64,000 nt of DNA, from contig NC_068986.1 in assembly GCF_001194135.2 (NCBI RefSeq), positions 83,407,285-83,471,284 of the forward strand, written 5' to 3'. The number at the start of each line of letters is the position of its first letter. Position 1 is the stretch's first letter. A program made the position numbers and the translations under genes. Below the pieces are notes generated by a model that was not told the DNA's origin, ran no database searches, and saw only the letters and a program-made list of their open reading frames with translations. Positions 25,333-39,500 of the stretch are shown here, piece by piece. Source of the stretch: Octopus bimaculoides (taxonomy: Eukaryota).

Positions 25333-28300
25333 AGGCAGTGGATTAAAGGAATTGCTAGAATTTCAGCCAAAATACCTTGCAGGATTTGTTTCAACTCTTT
25401 ACATATCTGTGTTTGCTTGTGATGGATGGCACTGATGCGAAGTTGTGTCAGCCCTGTGTCCTGAAGAGGAACTTTTAAGGTGCAGTTACTTTGTCAACCC
25501 TCACTGATAGGGGCCTTACATTGTACACACACACACACTCACATGTAATCAAATTTATGTTGTGTTTGTGTATATGTAAAGTTAAACAGTATTGAAAAAG
25601 TAACCTCAATGTTTCAGAATACTCCAAAGCAGTTTTAAAATCTGTGGAATTGAAAATGTAGACAATAGTAAATTATGTAGAACTGGTTCAAATATTAGTT
25701 TACTTGATAACTGCTCTTATTGTTAACAACTCTGTAAGGTCACCGAGATCCATTATAAAATATTAAAGTAAAACTTCACCATAGATACTATAATGGTGTG
25801 AGTGGTTGTTCCATCATGACCTTCAACATTGTTCAGTATATTCTTGTAATGTGTTGGTTGCACCTAATTGTTAAAATGACTATCTTTGTGCTATATGCTT
25901 TCTCTATCAGGCCTAGTGGGGGTGCAATGGCCCAGTGGTTAGGGCAGCGGACTCGCGGTTTCGATTCCCAGACCGGGCGTTGTGTGTGTTTATTGAGCGA
26001 AAAAACACCTAAAGTTCCACGAGGCTCCGGCAGGGGATGGTGGCGAACCCTGCTGTACTCTTCCACCACAACTTTCTCTCACTATTACTTCCTGTTTCTG
26101 TTGTGCCTGTAATTCAAAGAGTCAGCCTTGTCACACTGTGTCACGCTGAATATCCCCGAGAACTACGTTAAGGGTACACGTGTCTGTGGAGTGCTCAGCC
26201 ACTTGCACGTTAATTTCACGAGCAGGCTGTTCCGTTGATCGGATCAACTGGAACCCTCGATGTCAAAAGCGACGGAGTGCCAACAACATCAGGGCTAGGT
26301 TGGAGCTTTGCAATAATAACAGCTTGTGTTCAAGTATTTTCATCATCCTCATCATCATCATCATTTAACATCCACTTTCCATGCTGGCATGGATTGGACA
26401 GTTTGACAAGAGCTAGCTAGGCAGAAGACTACACCAGACTTCTGTCTGTTTTGGCATGGCGTTTACAGCTGGATGCCCTTCCTAACATCAACCACTCAGC
26501 AGAGTGGACACAGTGTTTTTTTCACAAGGCACAAGCATTGGCGAGCTTAGTTTTGGCATGGATTTTACAGCTGGATGCCCTTCCAAATGCCAACCACTTT
26601 ACACACACATATATATGTACACACATACACACATGACAACCTTCCATACAAGGAGGCATTTGTTCAAGGTACCGCACAATGATGCCATTCTTCCCTCCCC
26701 TACCATGGCAATCAACGAAAACCTGACAATGCTTATTTCCTTACGATGTACAAGACAGACAGAAAGAAAGAGTTGTATTTCAAGAAAGAAAAAATTTAAG
26801 GAGCCAACATGGCAGAACAAAAATATCAATATCAACTTTTGTCAGCATAATTATGAATCTGACAGTTTCTGGTATTTCTTAAAATATGTACAGAAAGACA
26901 GTAATTAAAATCCCTACTCCAACAAACTATTTTCACACACCCTACCCCCAACAAACCAAAGTACGTCTCCTATTCCTCACATTTCATCTTTTTCATGCAG
27001 CATGCTTATGCTTATATGCTGCTCCCCAATCCTGTTCTTCTTTTCGGCTCATTGTATCATTGCTATCCTGTTGTCTCCCACCCCCTCTATATACCCAGGT
27101 TTCACCATTCACTGCATTCCCCACCTCAGTACTCTTTGCATTCATGTGAAGTCCCCACTCCCTACTCATGCATCTTTGGCAATACCCTACCATTTATATT
27201 CTGACCCCTGTACCTTGAAGCTATGTCCTGGCACTTCGTCATCCTATTTCTCCTGCCCTCTGTCTCTCTTTCTCTTGCTCTTTCCCTCTGACTGTATCTC
27301 CTCTACAGCAAGACACCTGTTTCTGTCTCTGTCACTATAACCTTTCATCATCTGGCACAAGGTCACCTCATCCAATGCCCCCTCCCCTAAGGATTTTTGT
27401 CTTGCAAGTTACTTGGTGACACTGCCAGTGCTGGGGCCACATGAAAAAGCATCCAATCTACACTGTAAAGTGGTTGACATCCAACCCATGCCAATGTGGA
27501 AAGTGGATGTTAAATGATGATGATGATATATATAGGTATATATATGTGTGTGTGTGTGTATACATATTTGTTTTAGTATGTTTTTACATTAACATCACTT
27601 TAGCAATTGTGATGCATGTTTATGTCTCCCATAAACAATATATATTCATAGCTCAGCAGTTTCGATGTATGACACCAGTGGAATAAAAAAAAAATTTCTT
27701 GAGAGACAAGCAAGGGTTGTAAACAGGAAGAGCATTTGCCCACAGAATACTACCTCTCTATGTCTTGTCTAACTCTTGCCATCATAAAAAACAATCATGA
27801 TATTCTTGTGTTTGAGCATTATTCTTTAAACCAGTGGTTCCCAACCTTTTTCAGCACAGGGACCATTTTTTACTTGAAAAAATTTCTAGGGACCACTTCT
27901 ACTTTTACTTTATGTTGTTCTATTTTCACACTAAGATATTTACACTTTAAAATTTATTTTAGCAAACCAAAGATAAGATTTAAAATTTATTTTAGTAAAC
28001 AAAGATAAACACAAGATATCAAAATCATTTTTCATAAAGTCGTTCATTTTTAGTCCATTCAGCTAGTGACTAGCTTGATATTGGTGTTTCTGACACAAGA
28101 TATCATAATCAATTTTAATGAACTCACTTAGTCTTAGTCTGATAGTTCCTCTGCTGTTGACATCTAATTTATTTATTTCTCTACTTAAAATATCTACAAC
28201 AGCTGAAAATGCAGATTCCACCATAAATGTGGTAGGGAAAGAAATGATGCTTGCTTCTACATGTTGAAAAATATTTGGGTGTGATTCCTTTATTGATATA

Positions 28301-31300
28301 TAGGCAAAGACACCTTCTTTTTCAACTCTTCTCAGTTTCATATTCTCTTTCAAATCCAACATTTCAGCCAACTCAAAATTTTCATCTCCTGGCTCATAAT
28401 TTTCTAGGTCTACAAACCAGAGTGGATAATCCATCTTTAATAAATCATTGTATCTTCTCTCAAAGTCTACATGAAGACCTTCAGGATGGGTAATGCATTC
28501 TAATGTAGGAACAGTGGTGTTAAAATTTTGAAATGATGCCAATTTTTTTTTTTCAAACTGTTTTTTCTAAAATTTTAATTTCCCCATATACCCTTTTATC
28601 TTCTGAGAACAGGTGACCAAATCTGATTTTCTACCTTGCAGCTCTAAGTTAAGCAGATTCAATGTTTTAAAAATATCACTCAAGTAGAATATTTTCGATT
28701 TAAACTCAGAAAGTCTTTCCAAAATTTTCTTAGCTGTGTCAGCTTGCTTCTTGGAGTTGTAATGAGTCATCTGACTCTTGAATATGAGAAAGTTGATTAA
28801 TGGTTCCCACAAATCCATGAGTCTTTCAAGGCTCATGCCTTTTGACAACTTCTGTGTGAAGCAATACGGTTTTTAAATCTTCATCTTCAAAGAATTGCAT
28901 AAAAAATCTATTATTCACTGAGTTTGATTTGACAAAGTNNNNNNNNNNTAGCTCGGTTATGAATTGTGCTATCATCAACCTGGATAGAAAAATTTGTCTT
29001 TTGGAGAATTTCCACAATCTTCTCAACAAAATTAGACATTTTATCCTGTCTTCTTGTAATTGTGTTATTTGAAAGTGGAATTGTACTCAGAGTAGATGCA
29101 GCATTTTTTCCTAGAACCTCATTTGCACGGGCTATCATAGCAGGCTTGACAAGTTTCTCACCATAAATCTGAGGTGCTGCAACCTTGGCAATAATTTCAG
29201 AGACCAAATAACTTGGTTTGAGTGTCTTTACTTTTTCAGTATTTATCTTCTTTACAAAGCCGGGTAGTTTGATTGGCTGTATTTTCTTTTTATTCTCAAA
29301 ATATTCCCTACCTTTCAAGGCACATAGGTTTTGGAGTCTACAGATACGAAACCAAACATGATAAAGTCTTCTTTGTAGTTCCTCTTTTTTGCCTTTTAAG
29401 CAGTTGGCTCAGACATTATTACAACTGATCTTAAAAAAATTAAAGTAATAAATACTTTATTTCTATACATTAAAAGTATCAAATTTATTATTAAACAATA
29501 TTGTGTAGTGATCTATTAAAAATATAAAATTTATTATGAAACTGTTGTGATTGTAAAATTTAAATTATGTAATTCTTGATTGTTATATATTATTGATTAT
29601 ATATTATACATTATTGATTTTTATGGAATAATTATTGTTTTGTTTTTTTATTATTATTCTGTCTTCATATAAATTATTATTAACTAACAATGTCTTTATT
29701 ACTGAACAATATTGTGTAGATCTGAAATGGCTTCAATTCTTTTATGACTATGAATTCTCTGGGGACCACGTTGGGAATCACTGCTTTAAACAACCTTAAC
29801 TGGGGTACCATACTGAAAATATAGTTAAGATCTTTTAACAGAATGAAACAATTTTATGAGAAATATATGCATGAAAGTAGAAATAAAATTAAAAAAAATA
29901 AAATGTTGAGTTTCTGAGGGTTTCACTAGTATCAAGTACCATACTATTTTTTAATACAATCATTAAAAATGTTAATAATACAGCAGTAATGGTAGTGGAG
30001 TGTAGAGAGAGAGCTATACTGGAGTTCATTTCCTGTTTGGGTCACAGTCATCTTTACTCTATCTTTGTCAGTCATGTTATGAATTAGTTGTTCTTGCTAT
30101 GCCTACCCTATAACAATACAGGGAAGCTATATTGATATATTTGTGTTTTGCCTTTTATTATCTATAATTAAAACAAGGGAACCTATAAATTGTTGTTTGA
30201 CTTTGTAGAAATAGCTTCGTCAAACCCACACCATTGGTCTTCAAAACACATTGGATAGTATTGTTCTGGGTGCACTGCACCTGCAAAAGCAGAGAAGTGC
30301 TACTTAGTTTGAATGGCTTTGATCATAGGTCTGATATATTAGGGTTGACCTGGGGCTAAACAACAACTACAATAAGAAATTACAATAATCATGCTTTAAT
30401 TGGGTGTCACACCATGGTTAATTAAATTTTGTAAATATTATGGCACATAAAAAGCACCATCCGAACATGGTCAATGCCAGCCCCACCCTACTGGCTCCTG
30501 TGCTGGTGGCACATAAAACGCACCGTCTGAATGTGGCCGATGCCAGTGCCGTCTGACTGGTGGCACGTAATAAGCACCCACTACACTTTTGGAGTGGTTG
30601 GCGTTAAGAAGGGCATCCAGCTGTAGAAACATTGCCAGATCAGATTGGAGCCTGGTGCGGCCTCCTGCCTTGCCAGTCACCAGTCAAACCATCCAACCCA
30701 TGCCTGCATGGAAAACGGACGTTAAACGATGATGATGATGATGATTTATAAGTATGTTGATAAAAACATTAGTGTTGACATATTTCCGTTGCTATTAGAG
30801 AAACATTAAACAATATCTTCTAGTAGAAACTCCAGGGACCAGCTTTGAACAAGAGTAAAGAATAATATTATCATTCCAAGCTAGTAGTTACATTGAATAA
30901 GAAGTTGCTATAGTAATCTCTCTCTCTCTCTCTATCTATATATATATAAAACATCTCCACCTAATCCTTGAAAATAAAAAAAATCAATAATTTATATGCC
31001 TGTTGATAAGCTATGCCTTGAAATAAACCATGTATCTCTTCCTTGTAGTTACAGTCTGACCTTATTTCATTGACTAATTGTTTACAGGGTGGAGTGATTA
31101 GGTAGCGGGAGTCGTTGGTAGAAATAATAGCCAACCAAATCACTTTAAAACCCCTACCATAACATTTCAAAAGGGGAAGGACACAAAGACAAAATTCATT
31201 TGACTAGTTTTGTTTGGTCAGGAATGACTTAGGTTTAAGCAATAATGGCAGGAACATATACAATATGAATTTCAAATGAATAATGTAATCCCAGTTAAAT

Positions 31301-32091
31301 TGTACTTAAGTTGAAAAAAAAATGACAGTCGTAATTTGAGTGCTTTTGATGTTAGGTCTGATTAATCAGACCTGGGGTTAAACAGCAACAATATAAAATT
31401 TCGGGAAGAGAGAGGAATGTTTCAATATATCACATTCCTATTAATTTGTTAAGTTCTAGTTTCTCTTCAAGTAACAGGTGTGGGGGTAAGTATTTTTTAT
31501 TTTAATGGGGGACCAGTAGTTGCCTGTGCATGCAATCCTCCATGACAACATATCTAGGCTTCTTGATAAGTCTTAGCATGTTGTATAATCTTTGTAAGAA
31601 AAAAAAAAACTCAGTGTTGTTTGTTTCCAGTTCTTGTAACCATGTCCAAACTGTTTGTTGTTTGATAGACATGGAGATTATTATCTCTTGGAAACAGGTG
31701 TTAGGAAAGGCATCCAGATGCAAAAATCTCTTGTCTGTGATCTTGACTGGCCCTTACAAGCATGGAAAAGTAGATGTTAAAATGGTGATGATGATGAAAA
31801 CATTTGTTAAGAATAATGCCATTGGTTATAAGATTCCAACAGACCAAATTCTAGTTCACTGCACACCAAAATAAAGCAATACCATTCCATCTTGATTTAA
31901 ATAATGTTGAGACTAATTTTTCTATTCCATGTTACATGAATAGGAGTGTTGTAGCAGAAAAGGAGGATCACAGATAGAATTTCTGACCTTCCAAAAAAAA
32001 AAGAAAAACCATATCAGAAAGAGCCTGTGCATGGTAGTTTGACATACTAGAAATAGTAACCAAATCTCTCAAATCACATTGTTTCTAGTAT

Positions 32092-32151
<60 letters not shown>

Positions 32152-34918
32152 CTGTAAGTCTAAGATAAACTAGCTTTAAAAAGATGCAATAGTCATGACC
32201 AGAATGCCGTTAACCATAAATATGCTCATTCAGGGTTAACTTGGGCTAGGTGATAGCAATCATTATGGAAAGCTGTATGGTTATCACAACTATGTACCAA
32301 GTTCTTTTATGCTAAAAATATTTCCATCACATCTGTTGTCTTTTACTTGACTTCTGATGGTAATCAGTTGTTGTTTAGCCCCAGGTCAACTATGATCAAG
32401 CACACTTATAACCAAAAGTATATAACCTAATGATTAAGGTGCTGAATTGCAGGCTCCCATTCTTAATATGGTACAAGGAGGATAATGTTTTAGCAATTGA
32501 AATTATAAATGTTAATGTAAAGAAGTCATTAGGGTTAATTAAAATTAATCTCAAAAAGGAAAAAGAGAGAGCTTCCAAGATTTCAGTCGACCTAACAACT
32601 CTAGACATGTTTCAGCCTTCTTATTCCTCTTCACTGAGGCAGGGAATCATTACCGCACCAGACCAAATGTTTAGTGGTTTTCATCCTGTACTTTACATTC
32701 TTAGTTCAAATACAGCAGAGGTCGACTTAGCTTTTCATCCTTTTTGGAGTTGATAAAATAAGTACCAAAATTTCAGACATCATGCCAATGTCGAAAGAAG
32801 GAAAAAAAAAAAAAAATCCTCATCAACAAGCATACTCAACTCAGAACGACTTGAGTATATAGTTTTAGGTTAAAATATTTCACTGAATTAGGCAAATTAA
32901 AATAATGACCTTGGAAAATATCTTCGTGCTTCAAAAGTAACATTGCTTTGATATCGTATTTCGTTAAAGAAACAACGCTCTTCAGTGTTCAGTAGCTGTG
33001 TTAGTTGTTGTTGTTTAACAAAAAAAACCCCCAAAAAACCTTAGACCAAAGACGTTCTGACCGTGATATGTGATTTAAGAGAGAACATATCGAGCAAGTA
33101 NNNNNNNNNNNNNNNNNNNNNNNNNNNNNNNNNNNNNNNNNNNNNNNNNNNNNNNNNNNNNNNNNNNNNNNNNNNNNNNNNNNNNNNNNNNNNNNNNNNN
33201 NNNNNNNNNNNNNNNNNNNNNNNNNNNNNNNNNNNNNNNNNNNNNNNNNNNNNNNNAAATTAAGAAACCAAAAGAACAGTAGCAACAGCAGTTTATCAAC
33301 AACTACAACAGACTCCACGCGGTAGTGTAAGGCTGGGGGAGAGGATATTAAAAAAAAAAACACTAGGAAACTAATGGCAGCACGAATAACAACAACGGAT
33401 GTATTTTGTTGTGCCGGCTTACACTATTGTTCCTTATAACCAACCGATTCCTCCCTCCTCCTTCATAGTTTAGTCTCCACCATGTTTCCCTCACCAAGGA
33501 TACTACTTCTGGCCTACTTCTCTCTGTATCACCCCTTTCTTTCTCTCACTCCCTTTACACCTCGTTTAATTTCCTCCTCTCCCCCTCAACCATCCCTATC
33601 AGTCTCACTGCTCAGTCCTTTCTCACACCTCCTCTTCTTGGAGTTGTGCTGAGGGAGGTGGCTGTGTGTGTGATAGGCCGATGAAGTTGGTGGCAGAGGT
33701 AGTACTGTTGCTGTTGATAGCGGTAATGATGACATTGCTTATATTCGCGTTGGTATCGGTGATAATAATGATGATGATAATGTTAGTAGTGTTGAAATCT
33801 GAGGACTTTACAAGTGCTGTTGGTGGTGGCATTGGCTACGATGATGGTGTTGAGTGATGGAGATGGCACTCATAGAATTGGTTATGTTCGTGAAAGAAGT
33901 GAAGATGGGCTTAATATATAAAAGCAGTGTTGTTGAGCCTTCAGGTCAGCCATGAATGAACAGTCCGATGCTCAAAGGCTTTCCAGCCATGACAAGCCTG
34001 CCTTTCTCTTAGGCCTTGCGTGTCCAAGATTGCTACATCCTCGACTTTGTCCCTCTCTTTTTTTAAATAATTGATTGTAGTCGCGAGGGAGTTTATTGAT
34101 GCTATTTCTAGTAGGGCAAGCGACTACTTGACAGCTTCCTGAGAGTGAAGGTAATGTTGATATTTAATTCATGGTTGGTGGTACGATGATGATATTTGGT
34201 TGCAACTCAAGTCTTGATCACGCAAACCTTTAATCAAAATCATTCCAACCGTGACCATAACGACTTTTTAGGACTGTATAGGACTACATTATAATGTGTC
34301 CTTGTCTTATATAAGGCAGTTAGTAGGGTGTGATTTTAGGGAAGTTTGGCTGCAGTTTCTAGCAGGTCGAACGACCACAGAGTTTCCTTTTTTTCGTTCG
34401 TTATTGGGATAGTGGTGCTAGTGGTGATGGTGGTGGTGATAGTAATGGTAGTTGCATGAATACTGTTGCTGGTGGTAGTAGTGGTGGTGGTGGTAATGTT
34501 CATAATGTGCCGTTGTGTTGCCGGCAAAAGATGGTAGCAGTGAGGGCAATTATAGTAGTGTTTGTGGTAGTGGTTGAAGTGGTTGCTTATCTCAGAGTAG
34601 GAGATGGAGAGGAAAGTGCCTCGTGTATTCAAACTAAAAAGTAAAAACAACGCTCTTGTTGATATGTGTTGTTGAATTGCCCCCCCCCACAACCCCACCC
34701 TCAATTCTCTATCTCAGCTCCTTACTGTTTTCTTTTCCTTTTTTGAACTTTTCTTGTTTACATTATTATTTTTTTTATCTCGGCTATCTCTTTCCCTCTC
34801 TCTCTCTCTCCCTCTTTTTTTCTGTCTACGTGCCGTGTATCACCGTCGAAAAAACTTCGAACTTAGCATCATAGCATTGAAAAACATTTATTTTTAATAA
34901 GTATATTATATATAGATA

Positions 34919-34949
<31 letters not shown>

Positions 34950-36453
34950 ACCTAATACTCTTAGGTTTCATCTTGAAGGTAACTTCTTCATTCCACCTTT
35001 TTCTACTCTTCGCTCATCTTTCTCCTTTTTATTCTCTCTCCATTCCTCCTTTTGTTTCTCATTTTATTGTTTTCCCTACTCCCTTACCTCCATCTATGTT
35101 TTTCTTTTCTCGTCCCCTTCCTTTAAGTATCACCTCCTCTCACTGTTTTTTTTTTGCCTTTTTCTTTTATTTCTCTCCCTCCTATAATCTTTTCCTTGTT
35201 TTCTACACTCTTTCCCATCCTGTCTGGTTTTTCCACAAACAACTTCCTCTACGACTATTATTAGCTGTTATTTAACCACAAGTCAAAGCGTTCCAGCCAT
35301 GATTACCCTGTCTTATTTTTCGGACAGTTCTTTAGGACTTTTATTTAAATTGTGTCATTCATCTTTTAAGATGGCGGGGGTGTGGTCAGAGGGGAATTTG
35401 GCTGTTATTTATAGTATGTCTCGAGACCACGTTCGACGTTGGCTCGGGCTATTATTAGATTCATTGTCTGGCGGGCGGAGCAAAGTGAACGTTTCCCCTT
35501 CCCCAGTCATTTTTTAATCTTATCCAATCATCGATTAGCGTACGTGCGTACTTACACGCGCACGCTCACATGCACGCACGCACGGTCTTGACAAAGCTGC
35601 GGAAGACCAACACAAAGCGGTCTGTACATCTATACTTATGTGTATACGAAGACAAGCGTGAGGTCGAATCGCAAATATTTTTACATTAGCGAGCGTGTAT
35701 ATACAACTCATTTTTCTGTATAGTATATGCACTGGCCTGCAACGAAGCCCCCACGTGGTTGTTGAGCATGCTCGGAATAACAACCCCGTTGCCTTCAAAT
35801 TACAGCCTACTGCTTAAAAAAAAAAAGGAAACTTATTGGGCAATGTTTTGGGTTATACAAGAAGACAGGATGGTCATGGCTGAAATGCCTTTCATCGTAG
35901 GTCAGCTTGATTAGAACTGATTTGGGATTAAATGACAACAATTATAATCAAGTGCATTTTAATTTCAAACGCACATGTATGCGCTTGCAAGCATGCATTG
36001 ACAAAGACACACACACACGTGTGTCACATGCAGGTTTTATTGGCAGTCTGGTCCGTCGTGTGCAACCAATGTAATTACAAACACCAAAACCTCTCCTCCT
36101 CGTCAGTCCCTCTAAAAAATGGGGTGGGATTTCGGCCCCGGTCCAACACCCTCTTGTAAAAGTAGTCACGTGCAAGGGTGCATGAGTGGTGAGGAGAGGT
36201 GCACTGTATTTACTTAATATTTAATAACCATCCTCGTCTTTGTGTGTGGCAAGTTAACCAGTCTTCTCTGAGCTTCTTTATTGTGTTTAGTCAAACCCTG
36301 TGTTGAGGTCTGTAAAAGCATTTGAGTTTTCACCCGTTTTTTACCTCTGTTAGAATGAAGTTTCAAGTTTTTTCTCTTGTTTTACCAGTCGTGACCATTT
36401 CATCTTTTCAGCAGTCTATTTGGGACAAGGCTACTTTATTCCAATACATCCTT

Positions 36454-36518
<65 letters not shown>

Positions 36519-39500
36519 CGCAGGAATGGCTGTGTGGTAAGTAGATTTGTTCCGGGTTCAGTCCCACTGCACGGCACCTTGAACAAGTGACTTCTACTAT
36601 AGCCTCCGGCCAACCAAAGCCATGTGAGTGGATTTGGTAGACGGAAACTGAAAGAAGCCCGTCGTAGATATGTGTGTTTGTATGTCTATGTTTGTCCCCC
36701 CACCATCGCTTGACAACCGATGTTGGTGTCTTTATGTCCCCGTAACTTAGCGGTTCGGCTAAAGAGTCCAATAGGATAAGTACTAGGCTTACAAAGAATA
36801 AGTCCTGAGGTCGATTTGTTCGACTAAAGGCTGTGCTCCAGCATGGCCACAGTCAAATAACTGAAACAAATAAAAGAATATGTATTTGAAGGTGATAGGA
36901 TATGATTTGAGGACAGTTTGGTTGCTGTTTCTAGCAAGTCAAGCAACCCCCACAAAGGTTTCTTTATTGGTTTGAAAGTTGATGGAAAGGAGCAGTGGCC
37001 ATGGTCTTTACCATGCCCTCTAGATATACAGATGTTCAAGCTGGACATCATCCACATCAATTTGATGAAATGTTAACATGCTTGGAAACAGGTATAGGTT
37101 GACTGCAGGAAGGGCATCTGGCCGTAGAAAATCTGCCTCAATAGACTCTGACCCATGCAAGCTTGGAAAAGTGAACATTGAAATATGATGATGATAACAC
37201 TAAAGCTATAGAATAAATTACTACAGCAAGTTTGGCTAGGATGTTCTTAAAAATATTTTCAATATGAAATAGTAACTACAATCAGGTATCACAAATTAGG
37301 AAGATTATATTTTACTTCATATCAGTCACTTTACCATACTCTGTCATGAATTCTATTCTACTCTAATGTGCTGTATAGTATTGTTGTACTGAATCCTATT
37401 GTTCTGCTGTAAATTCTATTGTATTGCGTGTATTCTGGATTTTATTACATTCTTTTCTACTGTATATTCCACTGTACTATGTATAATGGTATATTCCATT
37501 GTATTGTGCTGTAAACCAGGTACTTAAATAACATATGACTCATTATGTTCTTGTGTATGGCAAGTGTCATGTCATGATTATATAAATATAACCTTTTACT
37601 AAAATTCTTTGGTCCCGTCCTGTTAATTTGAACAATCTTCCCACTTCTCTCTCTCATTCGCTCATGATTTATCTTGATCAAAATTTGGTGGAGTTATGTG
37701 ATTTCTTTTATTAACAGTATAATATATATATGGTATCAATATCTCATAAAGCCTTCTGTTAGTGTACAGCATGCCTGCTGTACACTATTGTATTCTATCC
37801 CATTATGCTTTAAAACGGGGGCCACATTTTTCATTAATGTTTTACGTAGTGTTTTTGGTACCGAAAGACTTTCAAACTTCGTATACTTATCTATTTTGTG
37901 TTATAGAACAGAAAAATATTTTTGTATTCGAATTTATTTCATGTAAAAAATTGTCTTATTTCGATAATTTCAACCAATCACTGACAAGTATTCAGTTGTT
38001 TATATTTACTCCTTTGGCTGATTAAGCCATAGCTTCGTTTTATTTGCTTTTTTCTTTTTAAATTTGCTGTTTTACCTTAACCCTAACCCTAACCCTAACC
38101 CTATCACCGATAGAATTGTTTCAGAATCGTTTGTTTATGTAGTCGGCACTTAATGTATATCGGCTGAATGGACGTCAGTGATTGGTTGAAATTACAGAAA
38201 TACGACAACTTTAACATGGAATAACTTAGGGATTTCTTTTTTTTTTAAGAAGACTAAGAGAAAAAGATGTTTTATATGACACATTCTACCAGTGTTCCAA
38301 GTTTCAAAGTGTTTTGTTAATGAAAAATGTGGCCCCCGTTTTAAAAAAGATCCCAGTGTATTTTCCTATATAGTATTGCAAGTACTCTCTTTTGATATAC
38401 TGTGTACTACTATCCTGTATTATAATGCAGTTTAATGTCCTCTTTTATTCTGTACTGTATACTGTATTTTATATAGCATTGTACTCATGATTGCTGTATT
38501 GCATATAAGTTATTCTATTGTACTCTTTTGTATGGCAATGTATTCTATTGTACAGGTTGTCTATCATTAGTGGTGGATGTGTCACCAAAAAAAACTGAAA
38601 CTTGCAGTAACATCTGTTCATTTGCACTGGGCTTATAATTCTTTTAATTGGCATTACTTGTTTTGAAAAGTTTTATTGTTTCATCATTTGATTTTTTTTT
38701 CTGGGATTTTTTGTGGGGTGTGGAGGGATGGAACACTAAAAAGCTGTTACAAGTGAGAGATGTCAAATTATCATCATCGTTTAACATCCATTTTCCATAC
38801 TGGCTTGGGTAGATGGTTTGACAGGGAGAATGAAAAAGGGAAGAAAGAAAAAGCCTCCTTGACTAAATTGGGGGTATTTGAGAAAGGTTAGAGGGACAGT
38901 GGTTCTTTGCCAGGTGTTGCAAGGCTAAAGTGTGATGGTAGGACAAGCTCAGGTGTCTTGCTACAGAGGAGATATGAGGCTACACCCCCCTCCAAATTAT
39001 ATAAGGGTGGGTGGGAGTATCCAGAAAGATGGCAAATGGTGGTGGTGATGGGATGCCAGAGCATTTAAAAATACATGAAGTTGGGTGTAAGAGATGATAC
39101 AGACAGTGGAATGTTGATGGTGGTGAAGTTTCATAAGAGTGTAAGAAGAAAGTAATAGAAGGTTAGAGATGGGAGTTGAGGAGAATGTAACGAGTGATGA
39201 ATAAAGATGGATGTGCAGATGATGGGAAATACCAGTATGGAGGGTAGTTAGGTGAGAGCTACAGGAGTGTCAGATGTTTCACTCAAACTATTCTGAAGTA
39301 CTTTACTGTGTTCCAATGTTTCTATCATGTTGTGCTGTAATTCATTTCACTTTACTGTTTAATGTAGATGTACAACATTTCTAGATGATAATTTTTTTTT
39401 AATGTTACATTGTGTAACATAGACACAGAAGTGATTGTGTAGTTAAGAAGTTTGCTTTGCACCTGCATGGTTTCAAGTTCAGTTCCACTGCATAACTCCT

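Noticed and set aside
32950-32995. Minus-strand CTGAAGA...GAAA hammerhead-like pattern
   Set aside because: Stem I cannot be formed and the stem II register is inconsistent.
38078-38101. Telomeric repeats as a chromosome end or fusion site
   Set aside because: Only four units, enclosed in a TIR-bounded element.
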